A stretch of 64,000 nt of DNA. Source: Eledone cirrhosa (Eukaryota). The notes beneath the pieces are model-generated. The model did not search any database and was not told the origin of the DNA. It saw nothing but the letters and a program-made list of their open reading frames with translations. Positions 26,439 to 40,997 of the stretch are shown piece by piece. The DNA is taken from assembly GCA_964016885.1 (NCBI GenBank), contig OZ024747.1, positions 9,362,001-9,426,000 on the forward strand, read 5' to 3'. The number at the start of each line of letters is the position of its first letter. Position 1 is the stretch's first letter. A program made the position numbers and the translations under genes.

Positions 26439-26490
26439 TAGTACCACTGATGATGTTGCAGATGTGCAACGAAAGAACTTTGATAAACTA
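26439..26490 (+). ncRNA. Hammerhead-like motif (family F-associated); degenerate homolog at 9435-9475
   Basis: CTGATGA t GTTGCA-gatg-TGCAAC GAAAG-AA-CTT. The homolog has GTCACA/TGTGAC before the same GAAAGAACTTTGA. Confidence 0.65.
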
Positions 26491-26673
26491 TATATATATA
26501 TATATTTATATCTGTATTTTTAACCGTTGGTCAATCAATGATAAACATTGATTATCAAATAAATTAACTATGGAGATATAAAAGATACAGAAGCGGAAAC
26601 CAACCAAACAGTGAGTGTGTTTTGTTATTATTTCTGGCAATATTATTACAACAATATGACCCTCCCCAAGTAT

Positions 26674-26712
<39 letters not shown>

Positions 26713-26886
26713 AATATCAGGATGGATTCAGGGTGTCCCAAAAAATGTGTACACATATATATGTGTACACACACACACACACACACACAGACACACACCA
26801 CACACGTATAAATATATATATATAATATATATATACATATATATATATACATATATATATATATACACACATATATATATATATAT

Positions 26887-26927
<41 letters not shown>

Positions 26928-26964
26928 TATATATATATATACACACACACATATATATATATAT

Positions 26965-27055
<91 letters not shown>

Positions 27056-27295
27056 CATATATACATACATACATACATATATATATATGACAGAATTAGC
27101 CGTCGAAACGGCTTGAGCTCAGCCGTCGGGATCTTATTTACTCCTATATATATATATATTAGAAAGTGAGGTTTTTTTTACAAATTGAAAAATAACCGAG
27201 GTATCCTACACGAGTGAAAGTATAAAGAAAAAAAGATGAATTCGAAAATGCAACTGGAGTCTTATTTAAAAAAATATATATATATTTATTTGGTT

Positions 27296-27333
27296 CCTTT
27301 ACCGGTTTCGCAGTTCTTCTGCTTTTCAAAAGG
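27296..27333 (-). ncRNA. 38-nt minimal hammerhead with U3-A8 core (family G)
   Basis: CCTT TTGAAAA GCAG-aagaa-CTGC GAAA C-CG-G TA AAGG. Confidence 0.8.
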
Positions 27334-27413
27334 TGAGTTGAGATGGAGGGTCTGTGGTTTTTCTCACATATATATATTTCTGTAGAAACAATTATTATTT
27401 TCTTTTATATATA

Positions 27414-27489
<76 letters not shown>

Positions 27490-27660
27490 AGATTCAGGAC
27501 CCCGACGGCTGAGCTCCAGCCGTTTCGACAGCTAGTTCCTCTTAAGTTACCCACTCTAGTATCGAGCACTCTGGTGGGTTATAGTTCACCTGGTTTTTTT
27601 ACCACACCCTATCTGATATATAATATAATATAATATAATATAATATAATATAATATAATA

Positions 27661-27760
27661 TAATTGTTTCTACTTTAGGCACAAGGCCAGCATTTATCCA
27701 GTGCATTACTGGTACTTTATTTTATCGACCCCGTAAGGATGAAAGGCAAAGTCAACCTCG
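27661..27760 (-). mobile_element. SINE family 1, 5'-truncated, with long AT-rich tandem tail
   Basis: Core match; 10-bp TATAATAATA repeats at 27621-27663. Confidence 0.88.
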
Positions 27761-27930
27761 ATAATATAATATGTATACATATACATATATTCAGAGACCA
27801 GAATTAGCCGTCGAACGGCTTGAGCTCTGCCGTCGGGGTCTTACTTGTTCCTATTACCCACTCTACTACCCTAAGTATTGAGTACTTTGGTGCGTTATGG
27901 TCCATCTGGTTCCTTACCACATTTCCTTCG

Positions 27931-27999
<69 letters not shown>

Positions 28000-28494
28000 T
28001 AATATATATATATATATACATATATCTTTTGGCGAAAGTCTAAATTTTTCCATCTTTCCAGTGTTAACATGATGTAGAGTATAGGATATCTTTTGTATTC
28101 ATTTAGTCTCAAGCCAGTTGTTTCTTTATTTTTAAACATAATATTTTCTATATATATATACAACTCTGTTTTTGTCGGAAGACATAAATCTTCCCGTAAT
28201 TCCTTTGTTCTCGAACTGTCGTACGTCTTACCAACAATTCGGTTTGGAAATTATTTTCACAAACCTTTATTGCATGTACAATCCCATCTTGATGAGCGAA
28301 ATTGATGCAACAGGTTGCCGTAGTGGTAGAGATGTAGTTGTCGCTTAGGTGTGCATTTTTCTGTTGATATACATACATACACACACAAGGCTATATATGT
28401 AACATTTTCTCTTGGGTTAATCACTACCTTGATTAAATCTTAACCATTTAACATCTCAGGGTATGTCATGTATCATTATATTTTGTCTGATGAG

Positions 28495-28675
28495 TGGATT
28501 GGTAGTATCGGTAGAGGATAGGACGCCATGCTTTGACGCAAAGACTTACGGCCCTTTCCATTCTGAGTTCAAATCCCACCGAGGTTAACTTTGCCTTTCA
28601 TCCTTATGGGGTCTATAAAATAAAGTACCAGTAATACACTGGGTATTTGCTGGCCTTGTGCCAAAAGTAGAAACA
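28495..28675 (+). mobile_element. SINE family 1 inserted at an HHR core, 20-bp TSD
   Basis: ATTATATTTTGTCTGATGAG at 28475-28494 and 28676-28695. Confidence 0.93.
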
Positions 28676-28679
28676 ATTA

Positions 28680-28734
28680 TATTTTGTCTGATGAGGACGT
28701 ACTGTTGTACATCCGAAATATGTATAATAAAATG
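28680..28734 (+). ncRNA. Minimal type I hammerhead ribozyme (B-related)
   Basis: TATTTTGT CTGATGA GGACGTAC-tgtt-GTACATCC GAAA T-ATGT-A TA ATAAAATG. Confidence 0.85.
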
Positions 28735-28884
28735 TAATTGATCAAAAGAACATCTATTTTATTAATATTTATATTTTAATATTAATAACTCCGGAAAATT
28801 ATTTTTTTTTACCGTAGAGTGCTTCCAATTTACTGTAAAACTCATTCTTTGACATAATCATTGAATATCGTTTAACACTTTAAT

Positions 28885-28915
<31 letters not shown>

Positions 28916-29185
28916 AATATATATATATACATACATACATACACATACACATGTGTCACATATATGTGTTCTTTTTATGTATTTTAGTATATACACACAC
29001 ACACTTTTAAATATATATATATATATATATATATTGTTATACTTTGGGAGGGTCATGTTGCCAATAAGAAACACACGCACCAGTTGCTTTCACTTCAATT
29101 TATTATAATAAATTTATAAATTTAGGAATTTATAAATTTCCGTTTGGTTGGTTGGTTCCACAACCAGATGGTTGTTTATATATTG

Positions 29186-29247
<62 letters not shown>

Positions 29248-29536
29248 AAAGTTATATTTAAATTGTTGGGTTACAACTAGTAAATATTTATAACTGATAT
29301 AAAAGCACTCGACAAGTATTTGGATTATATTTACAATATTAAATATATATATACTGCCAATTCAACTTTTCAAATACAAGTCGATGTTGTTACGGTATGT
29401 CAAATCTATTTATCTATAAAACTGTTTATATTGTATTTTGTCTGAGGAAGGCATAGCATATTGTTAATATGATATCCCTGAAATATATATAATGAAATAG
29501 ATATGGTTTTATAAATATAGTTTCCATTTATTTAAT

Positions 29537-29612
<76 letters not shown>

Positions 29613-30045
29613 AAAATAAGAGGACATTTCATGAAATGTCCGTAATCTCCAGTAGACAGCTGATGAAGGGAATGTCCCCCGTTTGTGCTTTCCTCTTATT
29701 TTTAAAAACACTTTATCAAGTAACCACACAGCTCCCTGTTTCTTAAAAAACAAAACAAAAAAAAATATATACATATATTATACATATATATTACTGTATA
29801 TGTTACTATATAAAAGATCGGAGGCCATATTCAATTTGATTCAGGTTTATTTAAAACCCCGTTACTCATATTTCACTGCGGACTATCAACTATGATGCAA
29901 CAACTCTGAATATTATAACCGATACCAAGATTAACTATATAAGAAATAGATTAAAATACAATAAATAAACTAATTAATTAATTAATTAAGAACAAGAGGA
30001 AAGGTTATATTAAAGGGGATTATATGTGGGAAAGAGATGATTATA

Positions 30046-30395
30046 ATTATAATTGTTTCTACTTTAGGCACAAGGCCAGCAATTACCCAGTGCATTACTG
30101 GTACTTTATTTTATCGACCCCGTAAGGATGAAAGGCAAAGTCAACCTCGGCGGGATTTGAACTCAGATCGTAAAGGGACGTAACTATGCTGGAAAGCATG
30201 GCGTCCGACTCTCTACCGATACTGCCAATCCACCGCCCTAACTATAATTGTTTCTACTTTAGGCACAAGGCCAGCAATTACCCAGTACATTACTGGTACT
30301 TTATTTTATCGACCCCGTAAGGATGAAAGGCAAAGTTAACCTCGGCGGGATTTGAACTCAGACTGTAAAGGGACGTAACTATGCTAGAAAGCATC
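30046..30395 (-). mobile_element. Two tandem SINE family 1 copies
   Basis: 30046-30238 is full length; 30243-30395 is 5'-truncated. Confidence 0.92.
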
Positions 30396-30480
30396 TAATT
30401 ATAATGACAACAAATTTATAGCGAAGAAAATTAAAAGGTAAAGAAAATCAAATAGCTGCCAGTAGGCGACAGACCAGAGT

Positions 30481-30550
30481 GTATAGTGTAGATGTTGTAT
30501 AGTGTAGATGTTGTATAGTGTAGATGTTGTATAGTGTAGATGTTGTATAG
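30481..30550. repeat. 16-bp tandem repeat (GTATAGTGTAGATGTT), about 4 copies
   Basis: Read directly from the sequence. Confidence 0.9.
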
Positions 30551-31182
30551 TTATAGTTGAACTGGGTCTAAATTGTTGGAAGCACGATAGCCGTACTCCT
30601 CGCTGGTTCCTCGTGTGATAAAGCTCACGGATTACATCCTGATGTCCGATTACCCGCCTCTCCGGAGCTTCGAGCACTTGATGAGCAGAACGTCAGAGTG
30701 AAATCTTACGATATATAAAGGGAATGTCCGGGAGTGTTTGAGCAATAGGATTGTTCCCCCAGCCTGCGTCAAATATCCGTGAAACCGATCAAAGTCTCCG
30801 GACCAACATGCTTGACCGGTACAGAACTATTAGGTTGTTTCTTTACCAATTAGGTTGTGTAAACCTAAGGTAACTTAAATTGATTATCAAAATAAGACAG
30901 GTCAAAAAGGTTTAGAGATTAATTTAAATGACAGTAAATTACAGTAAATTAGGTGTAGGCTGACTTAAGGTAACTTAAAGGAAATAGCAGATGGACAAAT
31001 TCCTTCAAGAAATCCCGGATAAACCCCCTACACCTGGATATGTCTCCGTAAACAATAACTCTCAAATCCTGATTTGAAAGACTTCACCAGGTGGTGCTAT
31101 TAAGTTAATGGGCGAAACCTATGAAAGTTATCAAAGTAATATAACTATATATATTGATATATATATATAAATATATATATAG

Positions 31183-31262
<80 letters not shown>

Positions 31263-31531
31263 CTATATATATATAACTCTCTCTCTCTCTATATATATAT
31301 ATATATGTATGTATGTATGAATGAAGTAATTCCGTCGGAAAAAGTGTAGGAAAAAAGAGTGCTCTATGTAGGTAACAGAGCTTAATAGTTATGTAATAAA
31401 CAACATAAGGCAATTATTTCATTTACCAGTGGTTTCTTAAATGCAAACAAATTTTGCTTTCAATCATCAGAATGAAAAAATCCTGGTGTATTTATTGGCA
31501 TTGGATTTTGCCAATAAATACACCAGGATTT

Positions 31532-31592
31532 TTTCATTCTGATGATTGAAAGCAAAATTTGTTTGCTTTTAAGAAACCACTGGTAAATGAAA
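31532..31592 (+). ncRNA. Type I hammerhead ribozyme (family I, second copy)
   Basis: CTGATGA at 31539, GAAA at 31573, same stems as 18545-18604. Confidence 0.85.
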
Positions 31593-31699
31593 TAATTGCC
31601 TTATGTTGTTTATTACATAACTATATATATATATATATATATAAATAAATATATATATATATATATATAAATAAATATATATATATATAACTATATATA

Positions 31700-32750
<1,051 letters not shown>

Positions 32751-32850
32751 GAAGGCGGCCGTCCGGACTAGAAACTGCTAAATGTGTGGCCGCCTTCTTG
32801 TCTTTCTGCCTTTTCATCCCCATGGATTATATTCCTTTGTTAAATTTCGA

Positions 32851-32908
32851 ATACCTGATGATGTCACCGGATTCATACTGAACCCGGTCATTGAAATGTT
32901 CATAGTAT
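32851..32908 (+). ncRNA. Type I hammerhead-like motif in a (TA)n insert (32748-32955)
   Basis: ATAC CTGATGA ..ACCGG.TTCA-tac-TGAA.CCGGT.. GAAA TG-tt-CA TA GTAT. Confidence 0.72.
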
Positions 32909-33466
32909 AATAAACCTTTAAGGAATTACACCAGTCCAGCCTCCTGTTATTTTATAATATATATAAATATATATAACTATATATAAATATATATATAACT
33001 ATATATAAATATATATATGAAAATATACAATGATATTAAATAAATGGAAACTATATTTATAAAACCATATTTATTCAATTATATATATTTCAAGGGTACA
33101 TGAAAAGGCGGCCGACAACGGTATATGAAAATATATAAATATATATAACTATATATATATATAAATATATTTATAACTATATAGTTATATACATGTGTGT
33201 GTGTATGTGTGTGTGTATGCAAACGACACTGTAGAATAAGGAAATACAATAGTTTAACGTTTGATATAACAGGGAAAGAGTTTTAACGTTTCGGACATGC
33301 ATACTCTGCCATGCAATTCTATAAGATATGCTCAGTGTGTTTCGAGCTGGGACTTCATGGAACCTGTCCCTCTATCTAACATTCCATCCAACCAGCAACA
33401 TCACTGCAACGTAAGACATTTGGTTGAGTTTAGCTACATATCCAGCGGTAGTTATTTATCTCTCTC

Positions 33467-33544
<78 letters not shown>

Positions 33545-33642
33545 GCACACGCACACGCACACACACACATACACACACACGCACGTACACACACATAGCT
33601 TTATGTTACTGTTGGTATCTCGGTCTCATCATTAACGAACCA

Positions 33643-33732
33643 AGAGTCTGATGAGCTTTTGATTAGAGATTCGGGTTAGATCGACACAGATTGAACCTTG
33701 AGCTGATCAATAGCGAAACACGCGTCACATCT
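33643..33732 (+). ncRNA. Type I hammerhead with long stem II (family O); homolog at 45289-45379
   Basis: CTGATGA GC..TTGATTAG...CTGATCAA..GC GAAAC-ACGC-GTC ACATCT. The homolog has CCGACGA and palindromic GCGC. Confidence 0.8.
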
Positions 33733-33770
33733 GAATAAACTTAATATATGTATATTACTTTATATATATA

Positions 33771-33846
<76 letters not shown>

Positions 33847-33944
33847 TGTTGTTTGTCATCCATCGGTTCCGTGATTCAGCCCTCATAGAGAGTGTGAAAG
33901 GACTGATCCTCTGAATTACAGGTACATCGCATTTTTTTCAGATG

Positions 33945-33993
<49 letters not shown>

Positions 33994-34114
33994 ATAAATG
34001 TGAAGACTAAAATCCGAAGAGGGCTCGATAAGGATAAATATATATCAAATATATAAATTTGAAGATCCGTTAAGGGTGAAAGCAGCGATTCTTTGCTTAA
34101 ACTTTAATCTGTTA

Positions 34115-34180
<66 letters not shown>

Positions 34181-34458
34181 GTGTAACAACGTTTACAGGC
34201 AGCGAGCCATTCGAAGTACTCAATGCTATATAGTACAAAATATTGTTAATATAGGTACACTGTTGTGTAAAGAAGTTCGCATCGTAAGTCCGCGGTATTT
34301 CGGGCAAGTGTCATATACTTTAGTGTTGGGTTGAACTATGCCTTGAGAGAGGTTTACAGTTCAAAACTGCAGAAACCTGGAAATTCACTAGATAGTGAAT
34401 TTCCAACCGATAAGGTATGATTTTCATGGGTACGTCTCTATTTATAAAACAAACTCTG

Positions 34459-34522
34459 TATTTTATCTGATGAAAGCGTACCAATGTTGTCTTGGTACCC
34501 TTGAAATATATATAATAAAATA
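34459..34522 (+). ncRNA. Minimal hammerhead ribozyme (B subfamily with a different stem II)
   Basis: TATTTTAT CTGATGA AAG-c-GTACCAA-tgttgtc-TTGGTAC-c-CTT GAAA TATATA TA ATAAAATA. Confidence 0.87.
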
Positions 34523-34658
34523 AATATGGTTTTATAAATATAGTTTCCATTTATTTAATATCATTGAATATTTACTCCAGTAAACTGTTGAGTGCTCTAA
34601 ATCAGTTATAAACATTTATATTTGTTGGACTTCCAACAAATTAAATACCCCTTCTACT

Positions 34659-34689
<31 letters not shown>

Positions 34690-35120
34690 GTGTGTGTGTG
34701 TAGTCAACAAGAAAAAGCAATAAAATAACGCTTGATTGGAATATGGTCTTAACCTTTTGGGCACAAGTCCTTCATCAAGAGAAGGAAACAATGAGGAGAA
34801 AGAGAGAGAGAGAGAGAGAGGGGGGTGGAATGGAAAGCAGACGAGAGTAAAAAATAAAACGGCAGAGAGGAGATGAAGATAGATGGTATTAACAATACAT
34901 TAAAAACACTATCAGTTTCATAGACATTATTGACAAACGAATGTATTTTCCATTATCAGAAGTTGCATATGAGTCTTGTTATGGCTAATCAACATACTAC
35001 TTCTGATAATGGAGAATTTTATAAAACTGACAGTTTTTTAATGTATTACTATATACATACACACACACACACAGACGCACATACATACATACATACATAC
35101 ATACATACATACATACATAC

Positions 35121-35570
35121 ATGGTGGCTGCCAACTCGTTTTCGAGTACGGCCATTACTTTATATCCATGTAGGAGAACCCCTACCGATGCGCTGAACGA
35201 GTGTGACTTTTTAGTCCAGCCAGCAACTTGAAAACTCTGGTACAAACACTACACTTGTGACAATTATTGACACATAGTGCTGGGCCCATGTGATGACAAG
35301 GGCAGAGAGATCTCCAGATATAAAGCAATGCCTGTGCCGTGAAGCTTTTATAGTGAGCAAAGGCACTGCACAAAGCCAGTCCCACTCTCTTAACCAAGAT
35401 GATACTTACCAAAAAGAAGAACAAGTCAACATCATTGGATACCATCAGAGTTGCAGGTGTTATATCAGAGTTTTCCTTCTCCTAGAATTCTGCCTTGACA
35501 AAGGCTAAGGGGTCATCTCTCCCGGTGATTTTGGATGGCCATTGACCGGGCCGAAGAAAGAGACACTGTC
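35121..35570 (-). mobile_element. Non-autonomous RTE-like element in (TATG)n, 5'-truncated
   Basis: Near-identical to 36525-36927 (+) and 42019-42628 (-). Confidence 0.88.
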
Positions 35571-35675
35571 GACATACATACATACATACATACATACATA
35601 CATACTCACATATACATATACATTATACATATGCTGTATGTGTGTGCGCGTTAACAATCCCTAATATTCACGAAA

Positions 35676-36115
35676 TGGATTGGCAAGGGCGGAGCATTGA
35701 CAGTATCAGTAGAGTCGGTCACCATGCTTTGCAGCATAGAGTTACGGCCCTTTACTTTCTGAGTTCAAATCCGGCTGAGATTAACTTTGCCTTTCATCCT
35801 TACGGGGTCGATAAAATAAAGTACCAGTAATGCACTGGGGTCCATTTAATCGACTTTCCCCTCCCAAATTGTTGGCCTCCCAAATTGTTGGCCTTCTGCC
35901 TATACTAGAAATCATTATTTTCATTCTCTAGGGTGGTGGATTGGCAGTATCGGTAGAGGGTCGGACGCCATGCTTTCCAGCATAATTACGTCCCTTTACG
36001 ATCTGAGTTCAAATCCCGCCGAGGTTGACTTTGCCTTTCATCCTTACGGGGTCGATAAAATAAAGTACCAGTAATACACTGGGTAATTGCTGGCCTGGTG
36101 CCTAAAGTAGAAACA
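35676..36115 (+). mobile_element. Two SINE family 1 copies, the second inserted in the tail of the first
   Basis: TSD ATTATTTTCATTCTCTA at 35914-35930 and 36116-36132. Confidence 0.92.
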
Positions 36116-36524
36116 ATTATTTTCATTCTCTAAACAATATGTGAAACCTTCATTTCGTTTGATTGTTTCAATTTGAACACTCGTCGTCGTTGTCGACGGA
36201 GTGCCTTGCACAAACCTATAAAACAAGTATTTATATCCACATCCATGTACACATCCATCCCTACTTCCATCCATACATACATGCATACGCACATATGTAT
36301 GTGTGCATGTAAGTAGGTAACTATGTAGGTATGTCTACGTATGTACGTATGTATGTATGTAGGTAAGTATGTAGGTAAGTATGTATGGAAGTATGTATGT
36401 AAGTATGTCTGTACGAATGTACGTATGTATGTATGTACGTATGCATGTATGTACGTATGCACGTATGTATGTCCGTATGTATCTATGTATGTATGTACGT
36501 ATATATGTACGTATATATGAATGT

Positions 36525-36927
36525 CCGTGAGAGATGACCCCTTAGCCTTTGTCAAGGCAGAATTCTAGGAGAAGGAAAACTCTGATATAACACCTGCAAC
36601 CCTGATGGTATCCAATGATGTTGACTTGTTCTTTTTTGGTAAATACCATCTTGGTTAAGAGAGTGGGACTGGCTTTGTGCAGTGCCTTTGCTCACTATAA
36701 AAGCTTCACGCCACAGGCATTGCTTTATATCTGGAGATCTCTCTGCACTTGTCGTCACATGGGCCCAGCACTATGTGTCAATAATTGTCACAAGTGTAGT
36801 GTTTGTACCAGAGTTTTCAAGTCGCTGGCTGGACTAAAAAGTTACACTTGTTCAGCGCATCGGTAGGGTTTCTCCTACATGGATATAAAGTAGTGGCCGT
36901 ACTCGAAAACGAGTTGGCAGCCACCAT
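36525..36927 (+). mobile_element. Non-autonomous RTE-like element in (TATG)n
   Basis: AGGAGAAGGAAAACTCTGA RTE 5'-UTR-like motif; ends GGCAGCCACCAT followed by TATG repeats. Confidence 0.88.
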
Positions 36928-37329
36928 ATATGAATGTATGTATGTAGGTATGTACGTATGCAACCAGAAACGACACGGTGAATTAAAAAATTACCATTCC
37001 AAGCTATTAATAACACTGTGAAAATATGTAAAATATTCAAACTTAACCTGTAATATATCCAGAAGGCAAATTGTCGTCGTTAGAATGTTTAGCAGTACAT
37101 ATTCCGGACCTCGACTTTCCGAGTTCAAATCCCACCGAGGTTAACTTTACTTTTCAACCTTTCGAAGTCGGTAAAAAGGTACCAGTTCTGTACTGGATTC
37201 GATTCTTCACCCCCCCCTCTCTCTCTCTCTATATATATTCTCTAAAAAAATTGCCCCCCACCCCCTTTTTTTTTAAAAATGTCTTTCCACCGCTCCCCTT
37301 CAAACCATCGGAACTCTCTTCCTACCCAC

Positions 37330-37370
37330 TGTTCTCCTGATGAAAGGCTTATGCCCGAAACGTCGTTCCC
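37330..37370 (+). ncRNA. Minimal hammerhead-like core of PLE type
   Basis: CTGATGA aaGGC-ttat-GCCc GAAACGTC (palindromic ACGT); stem I poorly paired. Confidence 0.6.
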
Positions 37371-37448
37371 CACCCCCACTCTCAAGCGTGAAACTAAAAA
37401 CCATATCATTTGTACTGCTCTCTGTTTTTGTTCTCTGTTCATTTATTA

Positions 37449-37541
<93 letters not shown>

Positions 37542-37730
37542 TTTATCCCGGGTTCAATCGGGGGTATCCACAGTAAGCAAGGTACTAAATACAGAGCAGA
37601 GTATAAATATTTAATATAGAAAGGCTTCCACAGGACTAGAACTGTTTCATTCAGGAGAAATCATCAGTCTCCCGAATGAAACTGTTCTAGTCCTGTAGAA
37701 GCCTTTCTCTCTCTAAATATATATATATAA

Positions 37731-37810
<80 letters not shown>

Positions 37811-37962
37811 GGTAATTCCGAAGAAAAAGCAAAGGAAAAATGAGTGCTCTATGTATAGAACAGAGCTATTTAATTAGAAAGTGAACAACACAAGATATAA
37901 CTACTCCATTACCAAAGGTTTCTGGATCCCAGACAATATTAATATACGTCTGGATCGTGCAT

Positions 37963-38030
37963 CTCTGTCTGATGAACGCTCTAGACGTGTATTAATATTG
38001 TCTGGGATCCAGAAACCTTTGGTAATGGAG
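37963..38030 (+). ncRNA. Type I hammerhead (family I2)
   Basis: CTCTGT CTGATGA ...TCTAGAC..GTCTGGG... GAAA CC-ttt-GG TA ATGGAG; base of stem II imperfect. Confidence 0.7.
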
Positions 38031-38053
38031 TAGTTATATATTGTGTTGTTCAC

Positions 38054-38206
<153 letters not shown>

Positions 38207-38207
38207 C

Positions 38208-38263
<56 letters not shown>

Positions 38264-38264
38264 G

Positions 38265-38468
<204 letters not shown>

Positions 38469-38470
38469 TA

Positions 38471-38548
<78 letters not shown>

Positions 38549-38595
38549 CATATATATATATACATATACATATACATATATATATATACATATAC

Positions 38596-38730
<135 letters not shown>

Positions 38731-39077
38731 GTTTTCGCTCTAACATTGCGGGTTCGTGAGTTTTGTGAGGCAGTTAGCTTGCAAACGAATCGAATGTTAT
38801 TAATATTATGATTTATATATAATTAATAAAGGAAACAAAACACAGGAGTGCAAAATACACAGTTATATTAGATTCACGCTTAGAGGAGATGGAGGATGGT
38901 TCAACGTTATACATACACATATATATATATATATATATATACACTCATATATATATACATATATACACTCATATATATAACGTTAATTATAATTAATTAA
39001 ACCTAATTACATCGGAGTAGTTAATTATTTTTCATTAGCTTAATAAGATAAGGCATCATATATATTTATAAACACTC

Positions 39078-39108
<31 letters not shown>

Positions 39109-39149
39109 TTGTTGCTTATTCATATATATAATATATATATATATGAGTG

Positions 39150-39202
<53 letters not shown>

Positions 39203-39453
39203 TGTATATAAGTATATATATGTATATATATATATAGTCATATATATATATATATAAATCAAAGGTATAGAAAACATTGTAGCAAAAAGCCAACAGTATT
39301 CCATAATATATAAGTGACTATAGCGTCAAAATGGGAAAAATAATTCAAACTCAACTCAAAGAGAATCAGGATATAGATTCATCCACAGAATTTAGTGAAA
39401 TCCAGGGAAAAATCAATAGACCCTTAACTCATGATAAAATAAAGTTTAAAATA

Positions 39454-39523
<70 letters not shown>

Positions 39524-40312
39524 ATCAAAAGATGGTTAAAAGAGTTCCATGTATTTTATTATGCGCATTTCAAAAACAAATATCATCATGAGATGACATT
39601 TGCGTTTTCGTCAGATAAAATAGGGAGATATGATATGAAGGTTAAAAAACACTTGTGAATAGTGCAGTTTTAAATCAACATATGAAAAGTAATTTAAGAT
39701 TGATGTGTGATATTGGGAAAAAATGAGGGGGGGGGGTGGAAAGGATGAAAAAGAGGAGGAGATGAGAGTAAAGAATGGTGGGGGGGGGGGGAGTATAATA
39801 AGGAAGGATGAGATAGGAGGAGAGATGGGTGATAGAAAGAGAGAGATAGCCTTTATAACTGAGAAAAAATATATATTGTTTCACAGAGAGAGGTTAAAAA
39901 GCCGTTGGAAGATAATATATAATTTAAAAGAAAATTGATGAAGAGAAAAAAATTAAGAATAATGTTAAATTAAGGTTTGTATATTGAAGGGTTTAATAAT
40001 ATGTGCGATGAAAAGAAATTGTTGATATGTATTATTAAAATAAAAATATTCATGTTATTAAGGATATAAGGTGAAAAGAAATAGAAGAATGGATGAATTA
40101 TGAATTTAGGGGAATTAGTTAGTGTTTAAGTTTGTTTTTATGTAATGTAATATGTATGCGTAATATATGTAAATAGTTTGTTTACAAATGAGCGCAGAAA
40201 GCAAAGAAGAAAATAGTGTTTAAGGAAGAGAAGACTCTAACAACAAAATATATATGTTTATGAAGTATTTTCTAATGGAACTATTATTGTACTACAATAA
40301 AACTCACCTCCT

Positions 40313-40429
<117 letters not shown>

Positions 40430-40485
40430 GTCCAGAAATAGCCGTCGAAACGGCTTGGGCTCTGCCGTCGGGGGTTATACTTTTT

Positions 40486-40528
<43 letters not shown>

Positions 40529-40736
40529 CAAAGGAAATGTGGTAAGGAACCAGATGGACCATAATGCACCAGAGTACTCAATACTTAGAGTAGTAGAGTG
40601 GGAAAAAGGAAAAGGTATGACCCCGACGGCAGAGCTCAAGCCGTTTCGACGGCTATTTCTCACTATTTCCCACTCTGCTACCCTAAGTATTGAGTACTCT
40701 GGTGCGTTATGGTCCATCTGGTTCTTTACCACAATT

Positions 40737-40799
<63 letters not shown>

Positions 40800-40997
40800 C
40801 ATACATAATTCTGTCCCCTCGTTATCGAGTATGGCCATTGCACGAGAAAATAAAAAAAAAATCTAATAATAACAATAATAATAATAACCACAACAATAAT
40901 AATAACGACAACAACAACAATAATAATATATATATATATATATATATACACGCGCACACACATAAACATATCTACACACACACACACACGATAGCAA

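Noticed and set aside
30673-30720. TTGATGA-GC..GT-GAAA-TC..GA-TA hammerhead-like string
   Set aside because: No stem I pairing and a weak stem II. The similar string at 28289 lacks stem II altogether.
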